A stretch of 64,000 bases of DNA from Takakia lepidozioides (lineage: Eukaryota > Plantae > Bryophyta): assembly GCA_030704615.1 (NCBI GenBank), contig CM060734.1:5890001-5954000 (forward strand), given 5' to 3'. Every line of letters starts with the position of its first letter. Positions within the stretch are counted from its first letter, which is position 1. The position numbers and the translations under genes were made by a program. Of this stretch, positions 36,237-48,556 are shown one piece after another. The notes under the pieces were generated by a model. It saw only the letters and a program-made list of their open reading frames with translations, was not told the origin of the DNA and made no database searches.

Positions 36237-39200
36237 TTATTTGCCTTTGATAAAGTTGTCAAAGACTTTTCGGTCATTTGCATCAAGAACATATGTGTTT
36301 GACTTGACATTGTACTTTAAACATGCTAACGCGATAATGGAATCCAAATCAACCATCATGTTATCCGTCAAATCGTACGTATAGACCCCTCCTCGAATTT
36401 TTTGGTACCATGCTAACCCAATCTCCATATGAGAAGGACGCTCCAATAAATCAACAGAATCCCTACATTCTACAAACCGCTTATTGATTTTCTTCCGCAT
36501 TCTTTGAACCCTGCCCAAATACCAAGTGCCTTTGGTTGCTCCTCTGCAGGTTTTCCCTGGTCTACCTTTCCTGTTTGTAGTTTGGATCGCAGTCTCCCAT
36601 CAACAAAAAATACAGCACAATCCGAACCCAATCCCAAGCTCGTGGCTTTGTTGCTGGTAGTTGGTTTGTTTTCTCGGCAAAACAACATCGATGCACTTCT
36701 TACTCGTGTCAATCTATCCTTGGATAGAGTAGGGTTGCCATTGAGTTGGCTAACCAAAGTGCTTTTGAATATGGTCTTCCCGTCTACTTTGACAAATGGA
36801 ACCACTGCCTTCGATCCATCTTTCTCTTGTTCAAACTCATCAATGACAGCATCCAGAGTATGTCTCAATTCACTTTGAACAAGTACCTCTTCCGCATGAT
36901 CATCCAAAGGTTGGCTCAAAACATCCTCCATTGAATTCGAAGGCCCGCACACCAATTCATCTTCCACGACCTCATTTTGAATATGTGTGTCTGCATTAAG
37001 AGGACAAATAGAATCTATGGCATGACATCATCACCCTCCTCTTCCATGCTTTTGAATAGCTCGACCTCCATTTGTCTCTCAATTGTCCATGGCTCATTCC
37101 ACCAATCCAAGTTTGTTGCTTTGTTTGGTTTCATCCCAAGTTTATGGCATAAAAGTTGCTTCTAGAAATCCAGTTTTCAAAGCCTCCACAATGCAATCAT
37201 CCGATTGGACAGTAGAAAAGTCGGACAAATCAGCAAGGGGGATACCTGGCTTCTTCTCCAAAGAAGACCATATGTGTTCTTGTTTCTTGTGAGCTCTTGA
37301 GAACTTGGGTCCTTTTGGATTCGCCTCGAACTCGGATATGCGTGTTAATGCTCCCGCACTCTCAATCAAATCACACCCGTCATATGTCCTCTCATTCCGT
37401 GACATACCTCCCACTTTGCTGAAGAATATTTCACACACATCTGAACCAACAAGGCTCAAAGGAACTTGCACATGATTAAACTTATCCTTGAACAATTTGA
37501 TAAGTAGAACCACGTAGTGGCATGAAATTTGTAAATCCAAGTATGCTTCCCTGCTAATGAAGAAGGATTTCAGATTATACACCTCGTGCTGGAATAGCCA
37601 CAACTTCCACAATCTGAAAAAAAAATGATACCTTCGCAGCAGATTGTACCCTCTCACACAATGACATGTGAGGAGAAAAAAAATGTCGATGTAGCATGAA
37701 ATGATGTATAGGTAAATTTCAGTACCTTTGGTCCTCTCTCTTCGATGATTCACAGTTGATTGTAACTCCCTCAAACAAGCTTGCACCTTCCGAGATGCCA
37801 GTCGTTGAGCTGCTGCCCAATTCTGTCGATCTTCTCTTTTGATATCACATTCCCGAAGTCCATGCTTGTCCACTGAAAATGAATGGTAGACCAATAACAC
37901 ATGATTCAATGTAGCAACCTCATCACCCAACACCAAAGTCCGTGATGCACTGTCCAAGGGATTTACCAATTTTTTCCCATTGTGGATGAAGTCCTGATCA
38001 TGGAGTCCGTATATATCTCCCCCGTTGCACACTCGACCTGTAAACAACCATCCTTCCCAAGGGATGCAAAATCTATTTCCAGCCCCATTGGCATAATCTT
38101 CTAACACTTTTCTCTCCTACTATCTCCGTCTGAAGCATGCCCAATTATAGGCCCAACCACGTCCCTCACATATTTGTCCCACAACTGTCTCACCACTTCC
38201 CATTGTGATCTCACAAAATTGTTGTCAAATCTATTGCAAGTGAGCTGGATTACCAATACCAATCGAGGTAACCGTACATGTAGAGGATTTGCTATCAACA
38301 CTCTAGCATAATGGGCAACCACATTGTTTTTGAATGCCTCCACAATATGTTTGTACCCTGATTCCCCTTCTCCCCTTGCACCACAAAATTTGAAATACAT
38401 ACATGGTTGTCTTGAAGCCCACAAAACCCGAGAAGGGTGTCATCCCTAGCAATCCAACGTACCAATCGCTTCACAACAGTTTCATCTTCGGCCACCATCA
38501 CTGGGATGCTTCCCAATGGAATATTTGCATCTTCCATCACATCTCTGTAAATTCCAGCCACATGCTGAAATATATCATCCGTTTCTCCCGCTCTATACTT
38601 CAAACCTTTCCTCAAAGACCGTCTTGTAGTATCAATAGAAGGACCCCCCACATTTGAAGCCAAAAATGATGCAATCTCGGACCCCCCCAAAGCTGCACAG
38701 TCTCAAACATTGTTTTTGTGCTAGTACCATACCTCTTCCCTTGTGGAGACCTGTCAATATTCTTGCCCATATCAACAAGAAAATCCCACAAACTTTCTTT
38801 TCCTTCAAAATCCCCCCTCCTATGTGCATCAACAATATCACGACAAAATTTGAGAACATCTCCTCTTCAATTGCCTCAATCCCAGACTCCTTCAAACTCC
38901 TACATCGCACAGACAATGATGCCACTTTGGTCCTGGCCTCCCACAATTTGAACCTCAACTGCCTCAACTCCTGTCTGTTTTTGTAAACTTGTTTGACAAT
39001 CTCCGCATTTCCAAGATATGACAACCTTCTTCCCTTGCCAGTATCTCTCTCCCCTCTACATTCCATGGCACCTCTTTCTATATACCCTCATTCTGAAGTC
39101 ATTTTCCAAGGGAATGGAAGAACATGCTGAACATCTCAAGTTTGAAATGGCTCCCCATCCAATGACACTCTAAAACAATCCGCGTGCCGAAACGTACCAA

Positions 39201-40640
39201 CAACCTTATGCTCTTGATTGTTTAGAGTGATGGTTGCATTTGTCAACGGCTCGACATACCACTTCTTTCCTCCCTTGCTATCTTGAAGGAATGGTTTCAG
39301 ACTTATTCTCTGCTGGTTGTACTCCCACCATTCATCCCATAGGCCCCAACACAAACTGTCTCTTCCTTTGTTGCATTGGGACCTTTGCTGTAATTGTCAA
39401 TCCTCGATCAGATCTCCCCGTTGGGCAGCGTCAACAAGCGTATGGAGTTTGTGACGAGGATGCTCCCATTGTTGATGCCACAATTGGATTGTCAAGTGGT
39501 GGGGACGGCAACACAGGTTGACTGACCAAGAAAGAGCTTAGATCCCGTTGCTTTACATCTTTGGCAATCATAGGCTTTGGAGGCCTTCCTCTCTTTTTGC
39601 AAGGTCCTTCACTACTTCCAACCTTCTGGCAAATCTCTGCATCGATGAGTTTTTCCTTTCACATGCTCTGTCAAAGAAGATTGCACCTGTCCTTGGAAAC
39701 AAGAGTAGCCACTTCGAATCCAGTGGGCACCTAATCCTTATGGAACCCAACTGCGAATAGTCTCCAATTGTGGCTTCCACAATCTCAAATCTGTTTCCAG
39801 GATTGTCCTCACAAAACCGAGCGACTTCCTCTAATGCCTCCTTCACCCTGTTCTTCTTTGCGTCTAATGCTTCATCTGCATTTACAGGGCTGATGACACA
39901 TTGTGATGAACCCTTCCCATGACGCCTCTCATAGGCTATGCGATGCCCCTCACTCCTCAAATGAGATCTCATAAAGTTTGCACATGCATCATATGGTTTG
40001 TTTTTCCCAGACCGTGCATAAACATCCTCACACTCAACACACCATATGTGGAACATTGCTTGTCCTTGTTGATCCTTTGTCATCAGCTCAAACTTGTCAC
40101 ATCGTCCTTCTGCAGAGATTTTCCTTTCAACGGCTCTAATCTCTTTCTGCCATTTTTGAATATCGTTGGATGTAGCCAACGTGCTGCACAATCTACCAGA
40201 TCTCTGCTGAAGTGCATCATGTGCATGGTCTTCATTTCCACCATCGCCAGCAAAGGGTGTATCAGGGTCCATCCTCATCTTGGTAGACACTGGTGCCGGG
40301 TCCTCGCCTGGTCTGTCCTCATGCAAGATCGTAGAACCACTGGAAGATAGAGGTCTTTTCAATCCTTGGTCCCCATCATTTTGGTCTGAAATCTTAATGT
40401 GTACAGTATCCCCTTTCAGAACCATCTCTCTCTTCTTGCTTGGCTGAAAGGACACTACCCCCCATGGAAAGGAAATGAAATTTTGCTGAGACAAGCTCAT
40501 CACCTATAATTTCTGCTCGGATGCATTTGTATGTGACACCTTGCATAGTGAACACAGAACCAAGCCTGTTTGGTGATGCATCTCCTCCAACAAGCAGGAC
40601 TTTTACTTCCAACTCTTCTTCCATGATGAGTTCACCTGCA
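36237..40640 (-). pseudogene. Large P-superfamily-like DDE transposase (frameshifted; probable further 5' exons to ~41600)
   Basis: VAEDETVVK (D1 ~38485), HASDGDSRR (D2 ~38129), QDFIHNGKKLVN (DxxH), DRQNWAAAQRLAS, SDVCEIFFSK (E ~37431); N-terminal CVEC...HLRSEGH finger. Confidence 0.75.
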
Positions 40641-41689
40641 AAATGCAATGAAAACATTTCAAATCAGACCTTGATAGACCAATAACAAAGCACCCGGGTT
40701 GGAAGGTTCCAAAGTCTGTTTTATACAACCCTATAGGCTGTCCAAGTAGGAACTACGTTCATAAGAGGATGAAATGTATACAGAAGCAAGTACCTGATTG
40801 ATGAGTTTGATGTTTTTTGCTGCTGCTATTGACCAAATGCTGCTACTTCCACTGCTGGTAGCCCTCTTGGGTGATCCTGAACCCACAGTCCATCCTTGCA
40901 TCAGCGGCTAGCCCTCCCTCCACACTAACATATTTAAATACAAAGTTCTGTCAAAACCCTACGATGTTGCATGAAGAAAGCTCACCTTGTTGACAATATT
41001 GTCCCACCGCTGTGGATCAAATTTATAGAACTCCTGCCAGCGCTTCCTTGCTCCAAATCTGGCCCTCTTGGATGATTTTGCACCCACGATCCTCTCCCTG
41101 CATCAACAGCTACCCCTCCCTCCACACTAACAATGCGTACATCATGCCTCTGCAGCTACTACTGTGGCTTCCAGTTGACCATCTACCCATCCAGGTTTCT
41201 TGTAGCTATCATTCACATGGAATCATAGGTAATCTGGAGCTTGGAATCCGCCATCTGGAAATCTAGGGACGACTCTGATAATAGGGAAAAACAGGCTGAA
41301 ATGTGTTGAAGAAGGTACCTTCATTAGCAGTCCCTTGTTCTATCTATTATCTTTTTTTAGGTACTGTCATGCTACCACCTCGGCAGCAACTTGCAAAGTC
41401 ACTCCAGAGCACCGCAGATCCACCCAACGAGCTAACTTACAGAATTCAATACATATGCTTCAGGGCTGAGTCTGATGAGAGGGAAAAACAGGCTGAAACA
41501 GGTCAAACCAGAAGGTGCCCTCAGGCTGAAATACGTTGAAGAAGGTACCTTTCATCAGCAGTGCCTTGCTTTATCAATTGCGCTTGCCGCTGCTGTTTCC
41601 AGTTGACCATCCACCCACATTGTCCCACCATTGACTGGGGTCAGAAAAGTGTCTCATTCCAAAGCTTCTCTTCATCTCTGTGGTGCTAT

Positions 41690-42312
41690 TGTAGGGTGAC
41701 TTCAATGCCCAAGTGGGCAAAGGGCTCCATCAGGACGATATCATTGGGTCTTCTGGTGAGGACGAGCTGAATTCTAATGGCAGACGGTTAATTAACTGTC
41801 TGGAAGAGCTTCAGCTTTTGACCTTGATTAACAAGACAAGAGGTGACCAAGTGCAGTGGACTCGTGAGAAATCCCAAACTGGGGAACGTTCCATTGTGGA
41901 CTATCATAATGGACAAAAATTTGTTCCCCCAGTGTGCCAATGTGTTGATCGACAGAACTGATATTGGTACCTCTGACCACTTTGGACTGAGATCAAAAGG
42001 TGTTTTCCCAAGGCCAGAGTAGAAGAGATTCTCAAGGACCTGGACCTGGATCCGCAAGTTGACCCTGCTGGATAAATCAGACTTAGAGGCTGTAGTGTCC
42101 AAAGCCATGTCTATTGCCATGAGATTGTCTGATGAAAATGAAGTTAGGCATAAAACTTCCCTGAACTTGTTTCTAGTCAGTGACATGGGGGAGGACATCT
42201 TGGATGACCTCAAGGGTCCACCCACTCTCGGCACTAGACTGAAATTTAAACTCAGGGAAGGAAGCCTACCTTTGAACATGAAACAGAAGCAGAGAGGAAA
42301 GGGGGAGTGCAC
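41690..42312 (+). mobile_element. Internally deleted RTEX-like LINE fragment nested in the P-like element
   Basis: GDFNAQVG...GEDELNSNGRRL...SIVDY...GTSDH endonuclease part fused to the C-terminal LGTRLKFKLREG region. Confidence 0.8.
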
Positions 42313-42854
42313 TCTCCCAAGTGAACCTGCATCATTCAGTTGGCAAGACCGTGTCTGAAAAATTGATCCATTTGAAGACACCACGGTGCAGCTGAGCACA
42401 GCCTGACATGACAACAATTAACATCATACTGAGACAAGAGAAGCAGTCAAGGACACAGTCATGCATATGGCAGCAAGTGATCACCCTTCAAACATGATTG
42501 AAAACATACATGAGGTCAAAGGCAATAAGAAATCAGCGAAGGGTACTGCAGCTAACAGTTGGAGTGTCTTTAAAGACAAAGGGAAGAGAAAGAAACACTT
42601 CACTGGCAATGAGGGGAGGCTGTGGAAACGCCAAGAGGATGGCACAAATGATAGAAATAACAGGGCTGGGCAAAGGATCCTGCAGGAAGAAGAAAGGGTA
42701 TGTCAGCATGGAAAGGACGTGCGGCTCATTCCAACAGAAAGGGGAACATTCGTGCAGTTAAGTACAACAACCAATTGCCCTTCAATTATGGCTGGAATTT
42801 TCCAAAAGGCGAGGGATGATAAGGATGAGATGTACTCATAAGACGTTGTTTGCC

Positions 42855-45330
42855 GTAGCCTTGTGGCCATTGACCCCGCGCCCAGTTTCAGTGGGAACAA
42901 AAGGAACAGGGCTGACGTTGGTAGTAAGACTTACCATCGTATAAGGAATTAATCCGGGTTTTCCAGATATCCTCTAGAAAACCCTTCACACAAGCATCAA
43001 TCTGCTGTGTGTGATTTGCCCAAAAACTAGGCCTCAGGAGGGCCTGGGCTTTTGGCTCAGCCTCGAGACTTTCAAAGTTGGTAAACAGGGGTACAGGCAC
43101 AATTCCCTTGATAGAATTGAAGAGAGCCTCTCTTTGGTGAGAGAACCCGGACAGCGTATCAGAAAATGAATACTGTCTTCAGATTGCCCACACAACGGAC
43201 AATTGCACTCTCCCTTTCCTCTCTGCTTCTGTTTGCTGTTCAAAGGTAGGCTTCCTGCCTGAGTTTAAATTTCAGTCTAGTGCCGAGAGTGGGTAGACCC
43301 TTGAGGTCATCCAAGATGTCCACCCCCATGTCACTGACTGGAAACAAGTTCAGGGAAGTTCTCTGCCTAACTTCATTTTCATCAGACAATCTCATGGCAA
43401 CAGACATGGCCTCAGACACTACAGCCTCTAAGGCAGATTTATCCAGCAGGGTCAAGACTTGCGGATCCAGGTCCAGGTCCTTGAGAATCTTTTTCTACTC
43501 TCTTCTGCCAGGACTTAGCCTGTTTGACAGGGCGGTCCTGTTTCCAAGATATAGAGTCAATCAACTTAGGATATCTGGTGTTGGGCATATGTTGCAGCTG
43601 ACCCCACCATCTGACCTTGAATTCATCTCGTCGGGAGCTTAAGGATGGAATGCCAAACTCACCCCGAACAGCCACATTGGCTGTTTTGGAGCATGCTGAC
43701 ATACACTCCTTAAGCACCCCCACTTGAATGGATTCTAGAGACTTAGCCTGGTTGGAGTTATCAACCCATATAGCAGATCCGTACTCCAAGGCAGGTCTAA
43801 TAACGCGACAAAGCATGGTTTTCTTAACCTCAGAGATGACCCCTCTGCAGTGGAAAAATTTAGTGAGCCCCAGAGCTTTGCCCTTGCCAGTTCGAACAAC
43901 TTTCCGGATATGTGCATCCCAATTACAATTGGAGGAAAACTCAACGCCCAGGTAAGTGTAGGAAGGGAGGACCGGGATCTCTTGGCTACCCCACTGCCAC
44001 TTAAGATCACTTCCTCCCTCTCCTCTGTCGTTGAATGCTACCACTGCACATTTGCTGACATTAGCCTCTAGCCCCAAAGATCAAAGTATCTCTTCGCGCA
44101 ATTAATCAACTCCTGAGTGTGATGCCACGGTAGTTCCCCGGTTCTTCTCTGTCACCCTTCTTGTATAGACTGACAATGACCCCCTGTCGCCAGCGAAAGG
44201 GGATCATTTCAGTCTTCCAGATAAGGTTAAAGAGGAGAACTAGGGCCTCTATCATGGGATCGCCACCGTGCTTGATAAGCTCGTTGACAATACCATCAGG
44301 TCCACCAGCTTTATATCCATTTAAATGTTCAATTGCTTCCACAATCTCAGAAGAACTAATGGGAGCGTTATAAGCCATTGAAATATACTCCAGTTCATCA
44401 GGGCTGTTTTGAATCATAGGAACAAATTTTCCAACTGTGTCCCTCCATTCAGCAGAAGACCCCTCACTGTTAGACCTAGAAGTTCTGCCAAGGATACTGT
44501 AGTGATTTTCAAAGGTTTTGACAATGTCAACCGATGAAGTCACCACTGCACCTTTAGTAGTCTTCAGCGCTTGTACTTGCTGACCGTTTTTAGGCTTGTA
44601 CAAACGTTGAAGGGCCAACCATAATTTCTTGTCATTACCACCATGGTGGTTTGAGTTTATTTCACTGTAACTTATCCCAGTATAATTTCTTCTGAGACCT
44701 AACAAGCTGATTGATATCTTTCCGGAGCTGATAGTACCTCGCCCACAATTCTCTGTTGGTTTTCAAATTGCAGCACTCTTTATAGAGGGCTCGTCCTCAC
44801 CAAAAGGCCCAATGATATCGTCCTGATGGAGCCCTTTGCCCACCCGGGCATTGAAGTCACCCAATAGCACTACCTGACCTTTGGCAAGGAACGAAGCACA
44901 GTCCAGCTTTACATCTTCGAAGGCTTTGTCTGCGTCAGCACTAAGGGTCCCCTCTGTGGGCATGTAAACACAACCCACAAAGAGGTCCTTCGTACTCATG
45001 CCGCCCTTCAGATTCAGTTTTAGCCAGATACTATGTTCGTACCTCAAACCCTTGTTGATAATTTCACAATTATCAAACAAGAAATCACGGACAAAGAATC
45101 CAACCCCTTTTTGACCGTTTGGCAGAGGCTGCCTTGAGAGTACACATCCTACCTGCCCATTTATAACCATTGACATCTCCAACCAGTTTATCCGAAGTTT
45201 CCCATGTTTCTTGCCCAGCACAGATATGAATATCATTAGTCCGAAGGACTTGTCCCACTTCGAGTTGTTTCCTTTGGTTAGTAAGCCCTGAGAAGTTGAA
45301 AGTGGCCAGCCGCAAGCCAGCCCTTTGCAT
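42855..45330 (-). mobile_element. RTEX-like non-LTR retrotransposon ORF2, internally deleted, nested in the P-like element
   Basis: APE (LATFNFSGL, GQETW, VLLGDFNARVG); RT N-term (KAGGPDGI, YKKGDREEPGNYRGITL); RT core missing; thumb (YTYLGV, RPALEYGSAIW, NVAVRGEFG); CPLC...H...C finger. Clade is inferred. Confidence 0.85.
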
Positions 45331-46620
45331 GTGAATTGTTTTCGTCTAGGTAGCTTGGGATTGCTCCTGGACGCCCAAACCGTTCTGCAAAGGGGGGACA
45401 GTTACCCCATGTGTAGATTTTGCTCGTCTTGTGTAAACTCTTGAGTACCAAATCCTTCAGATTCAGGACGTTCAGGTTCTGTACACTTAGGGGCATCTTG
45501 TCCCTCTGGCTGTTTGGATTCAATAAGGATGAGAATAGGCCTGATACAGTGAGTACAACCATTGTGTCACGCCAATCATTATTAGGAAAGAAAATAGGCC
45601 TAATGTGCTCATTACCTCTGATGACTGGGAATCTTGATGCCCATGTCCTCCTGTCATTGCTGCACAACAATCCGCCACCACACCCGCATATCATCACCGA
45701 TCAGCCCAGGCCTGCCCCACATTCCCGCGCACTTACTTCATCCCCTTCGATTCCTGCCCTCTACATACATCACAACCTCAAACCTTCTCCCAAGTCAGTG
45801 CCCTCACCACATTCTGGTGCCCTCACCACATTGTCCTACCATGCCCTGTGGAGAGGAGGGGAGAGGAGAGGAGGAAAAAGAGAAAGCCCGCGGAAGGGAA
45901 GGCGAACGCGGGAGAGGAGGAGAAAGAAAAGAGAAAGCCGCGGGAGGTCAGGGGAGAAAGATCGTGGAGCGAAAAAAAAAAAAAAAAAAAAAAACATACA
46001 AAACGACGATTCCACGATTCGATCCCGGGATGCATCGCGGCGGAATCGCCATTCTTACCACTACACTATCCCTAAAAACTCAACAACCCCCTCCTGTAAA
46101 ATATATTTAAGGTGTTTTAAACCCCCTCTGTATGTATAATGTTGTACATGGGGGGGTTTAAAATACCCCCTCCTGTGCACGCACGTGGCTGGTACATTTA
46201 ATGAGGAGTGCACCCCTCGGGGCTCAAAGATCTTATGGGATAAGAGGAAAAAAGAAACAAGAAAGAGAGGGGGTCACAAAGCTCATGGCATGCTAAGACC
46301 ATGCTGACACAGAAGGGGTGCGGGGGAGGAGGGAAAAAAGAGCCCGCGGGAGACAGATCGCGGGGAGAAAAGAAAAAAAAGAAAAGCAAAAAAACATTGC
46401 ATCGCAATTTGATCCCGTGATGTGTCACGCCACATTCTACGCCCTTACCACTAGACTACTCCTAAAACTTAGTAACCTCCTCCTGTAAGATTATATTTAA
46501 GGTGATATAAACCCCCCTCTATATGTATAATGTTGTACATGGAGGGGTTTAAAATACCCCCTCCTGTGCATGCACGTGGCTGGTACATATTGGCTGGAGT
46601 GCACCCCCCGGGAAACCTGA

Positions 46621-47306
46621 ACATATCCCCGAATGTCATCAGTTTGCTTCAGATTCCTCATCTTGTCTCGGGCGAGCCAGGACGCGTTGAGAGGCACAAA
46701 CTGTCTCTTCATCAGTTCCTTGAACCCACTCCAGTTCAAGGTTTCCGGGTTTGGACCTCGGTCATGAGTTGTTTCTGCCACCATTGTTGAGCATAGCCCC
46801 TCAAATAGGTGGGAGGCACTTCCACCCGATCTTTGTCACTCAACTTGGCCGCCCGGAAGTACTGCTTTAGTTCCAAGAGCCAGGTGTTGAGTGCCTTCCG
46901 ATTTCGGACGCCATCGAAGATGTCGGGTTCCTTAGGCTTCACCTTAAACTTTGTCTTAGTGGAAGTGGCATTAGCCGCCTTCAACACGTCTTTCAACGTC
47001 CCGCCAAACTGCGCCAACAACCCTTCCCAAAAGGCTGCTGGCATGAGAGGCATTTGTTGGTCTGTCGGAGCTCTCAGGGATTCCTCGGGCTCCGACTCCT
47101 CAGATTCCTACCGTTCTTGAGCGGCCTCGTTTTCAAAAGCATGCATCGCTTCCTCAAATGGCCGCTTCGGTGACAAGTCGCCCCCATCGGGCTCACTAGG
47201 ATCATCATCTTTCAGGCCGTTCCGCTTTCATTTTGGCTTGCCCGACCCCATGATGAGGCCGATCCCAAGTACGACCGCGTACTGAACTCTAGGCTCCGAT
47301 ACCAAG
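46621..47306 (-). mobile_element. 5' part (PBS, gag N-term) of the Galadriel-like element split by the P-like transposon
   Basis: KPKEPDIFDGVRNRKALNTWL...YLRGYAQQWW; PBS TGGTATCGGAGC (tRNAiMet) at 47293-47304. Confidence 0.9.
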
Positions 47307-48016
47307 TGTCGCACACCTCCCTTCAAGTCATAGTTACTCGCTTTGATGCGCGCGCCTAACTCCCAACCTGGCTGCCGGGCCAACTCGGAGCTTCGGTTGC
47401 TCACCGGGATATAATGGTCCCCCTTTTCTCCCCCAACAGACCCTCCACCAATTTGGGCCTAGTGGAAATTCCCTCGGTAGTTGGCAGTCCGGAATAGCTC
47501 CCCACTTCTTGGTCGCTTTCCGGCTCGCTCGCTTACTCACTAGTTTTTGGTCACCAATGGGCTTGCATGGTTCTCGGGGTTACTACTCCCTATATATACT
47601 TCTATGACTGTCCGCGGGGGTTTCACAAACAACCATGCCATTTTATGGCAAACCACCACGAAGACCCTCGATTCCCGGTGATGAGTCGCGGTGAGTCTTG
47701 GCCCACCCACCATGGTCCCATTGGACCGTGATGAGTCCCAAGACTCCCCACGACTCCCACCACAAGGTCTCCGCCCCATGGTGAGTCATATGCCACCCCC
47801 ACTAAGTCTCGCTAAGCTACCACCACCCCTTGTGGAGCCACCCCCACCGCAACCCGGTGTGTGGGGCTCCACCTAGTGATCGCCTCCGCCTCCTTGAGTG
47901 CTTTGGGCACTCAAGGGTGCTTCAGCCCCCCGTACCTATCGCTGCCACTGCCCCCACCACAGGGGTAGCCCCTCCTGCGTCCCGACCCCCTGCCCTCAAG
48001 GCAAAGGGCCGCGACA
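47307..48016 (-). mobile_element. 5' LTR of the Galadriel-like element
   Basis: TGTCGCGG...GTGCGACA termini, adjacent to PBS, highly similar to 62072-62799. Confidence 0.92.
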
Positions 48017-48059
48017 ATATATATATACATATAAAGATTTTCTTCAAGTTCCTTCTAAG

Positions 48060-48556
48060 GGGGTCTCTCTTGTGATGTCGGGGAGTTGCAACCTCCACAG
48101 CCCTTAGTGCCCAGCCCCAGCCCCAGCCCCAGCTCAGCGTCGTCGCCGTTGTTGCAACCCCCCACCGCCAGGTGCCCCAAGCGACGTCCTTGTGATGACC
48201 TAAGCTGACCACAACACCATTGCGACCCCCTATGGCGACCCCCTCGCGTCGCAACGTTGGGCGACCCAACGACGCTTTTGTGAAGTTGGGGGCCGCAAAG
48301 CCCCAAAAAAAAAAAAAAAAAAAATCCGACGCCGAGGCGTCGCAAGAAAAAAAATCCATCGCAGCGAGGACCCTCTTTCCCCCTTCATGCCACCTTACGA
48401 CGGCTGGGCGTCGTAATGGTGCCGCAACGGGGGATTGCGATGTCGGGGCATCGCAAAAAAACGTCGCGGCTCGGCGTCGTGGGCTCAGTGCCGCGCGGGG
48501 CGGGGGGCGGGGCTGGCGTCGCAAACACCCCCCCCCCCCCCCCATTTGTTGTAGTG
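48060..48556 (-). mobile_element. CACTA element terminus with GCGAC subterminal repeats
   Basis: Minus strand begins CACTACAACAAAT at 48556; many GCGAC/GTCGC motifs. Confidence 0.8.

Larger units (their letters stand above)
35935..46612 (-). mobile_element. 10.7-kb P-element-like DNA transposon (16-bp TIRs, 8-bp TSD)
   Basis: TIRs CCCGGGGGGTGCACTC at 35935-35950 and 46597-46612 (perfect). TSD AAACCTGA at 35927-35934 and 46613-46620. Removing the element restores gag DDIRGYVQVFNVLLLEVADM. Confidence 0.9.

Noticed and set aside
45420-46139. 239-aa + strand ORF
   Set aside because: Low-complexity read-through of the transposon subterminal region and poly-A run.
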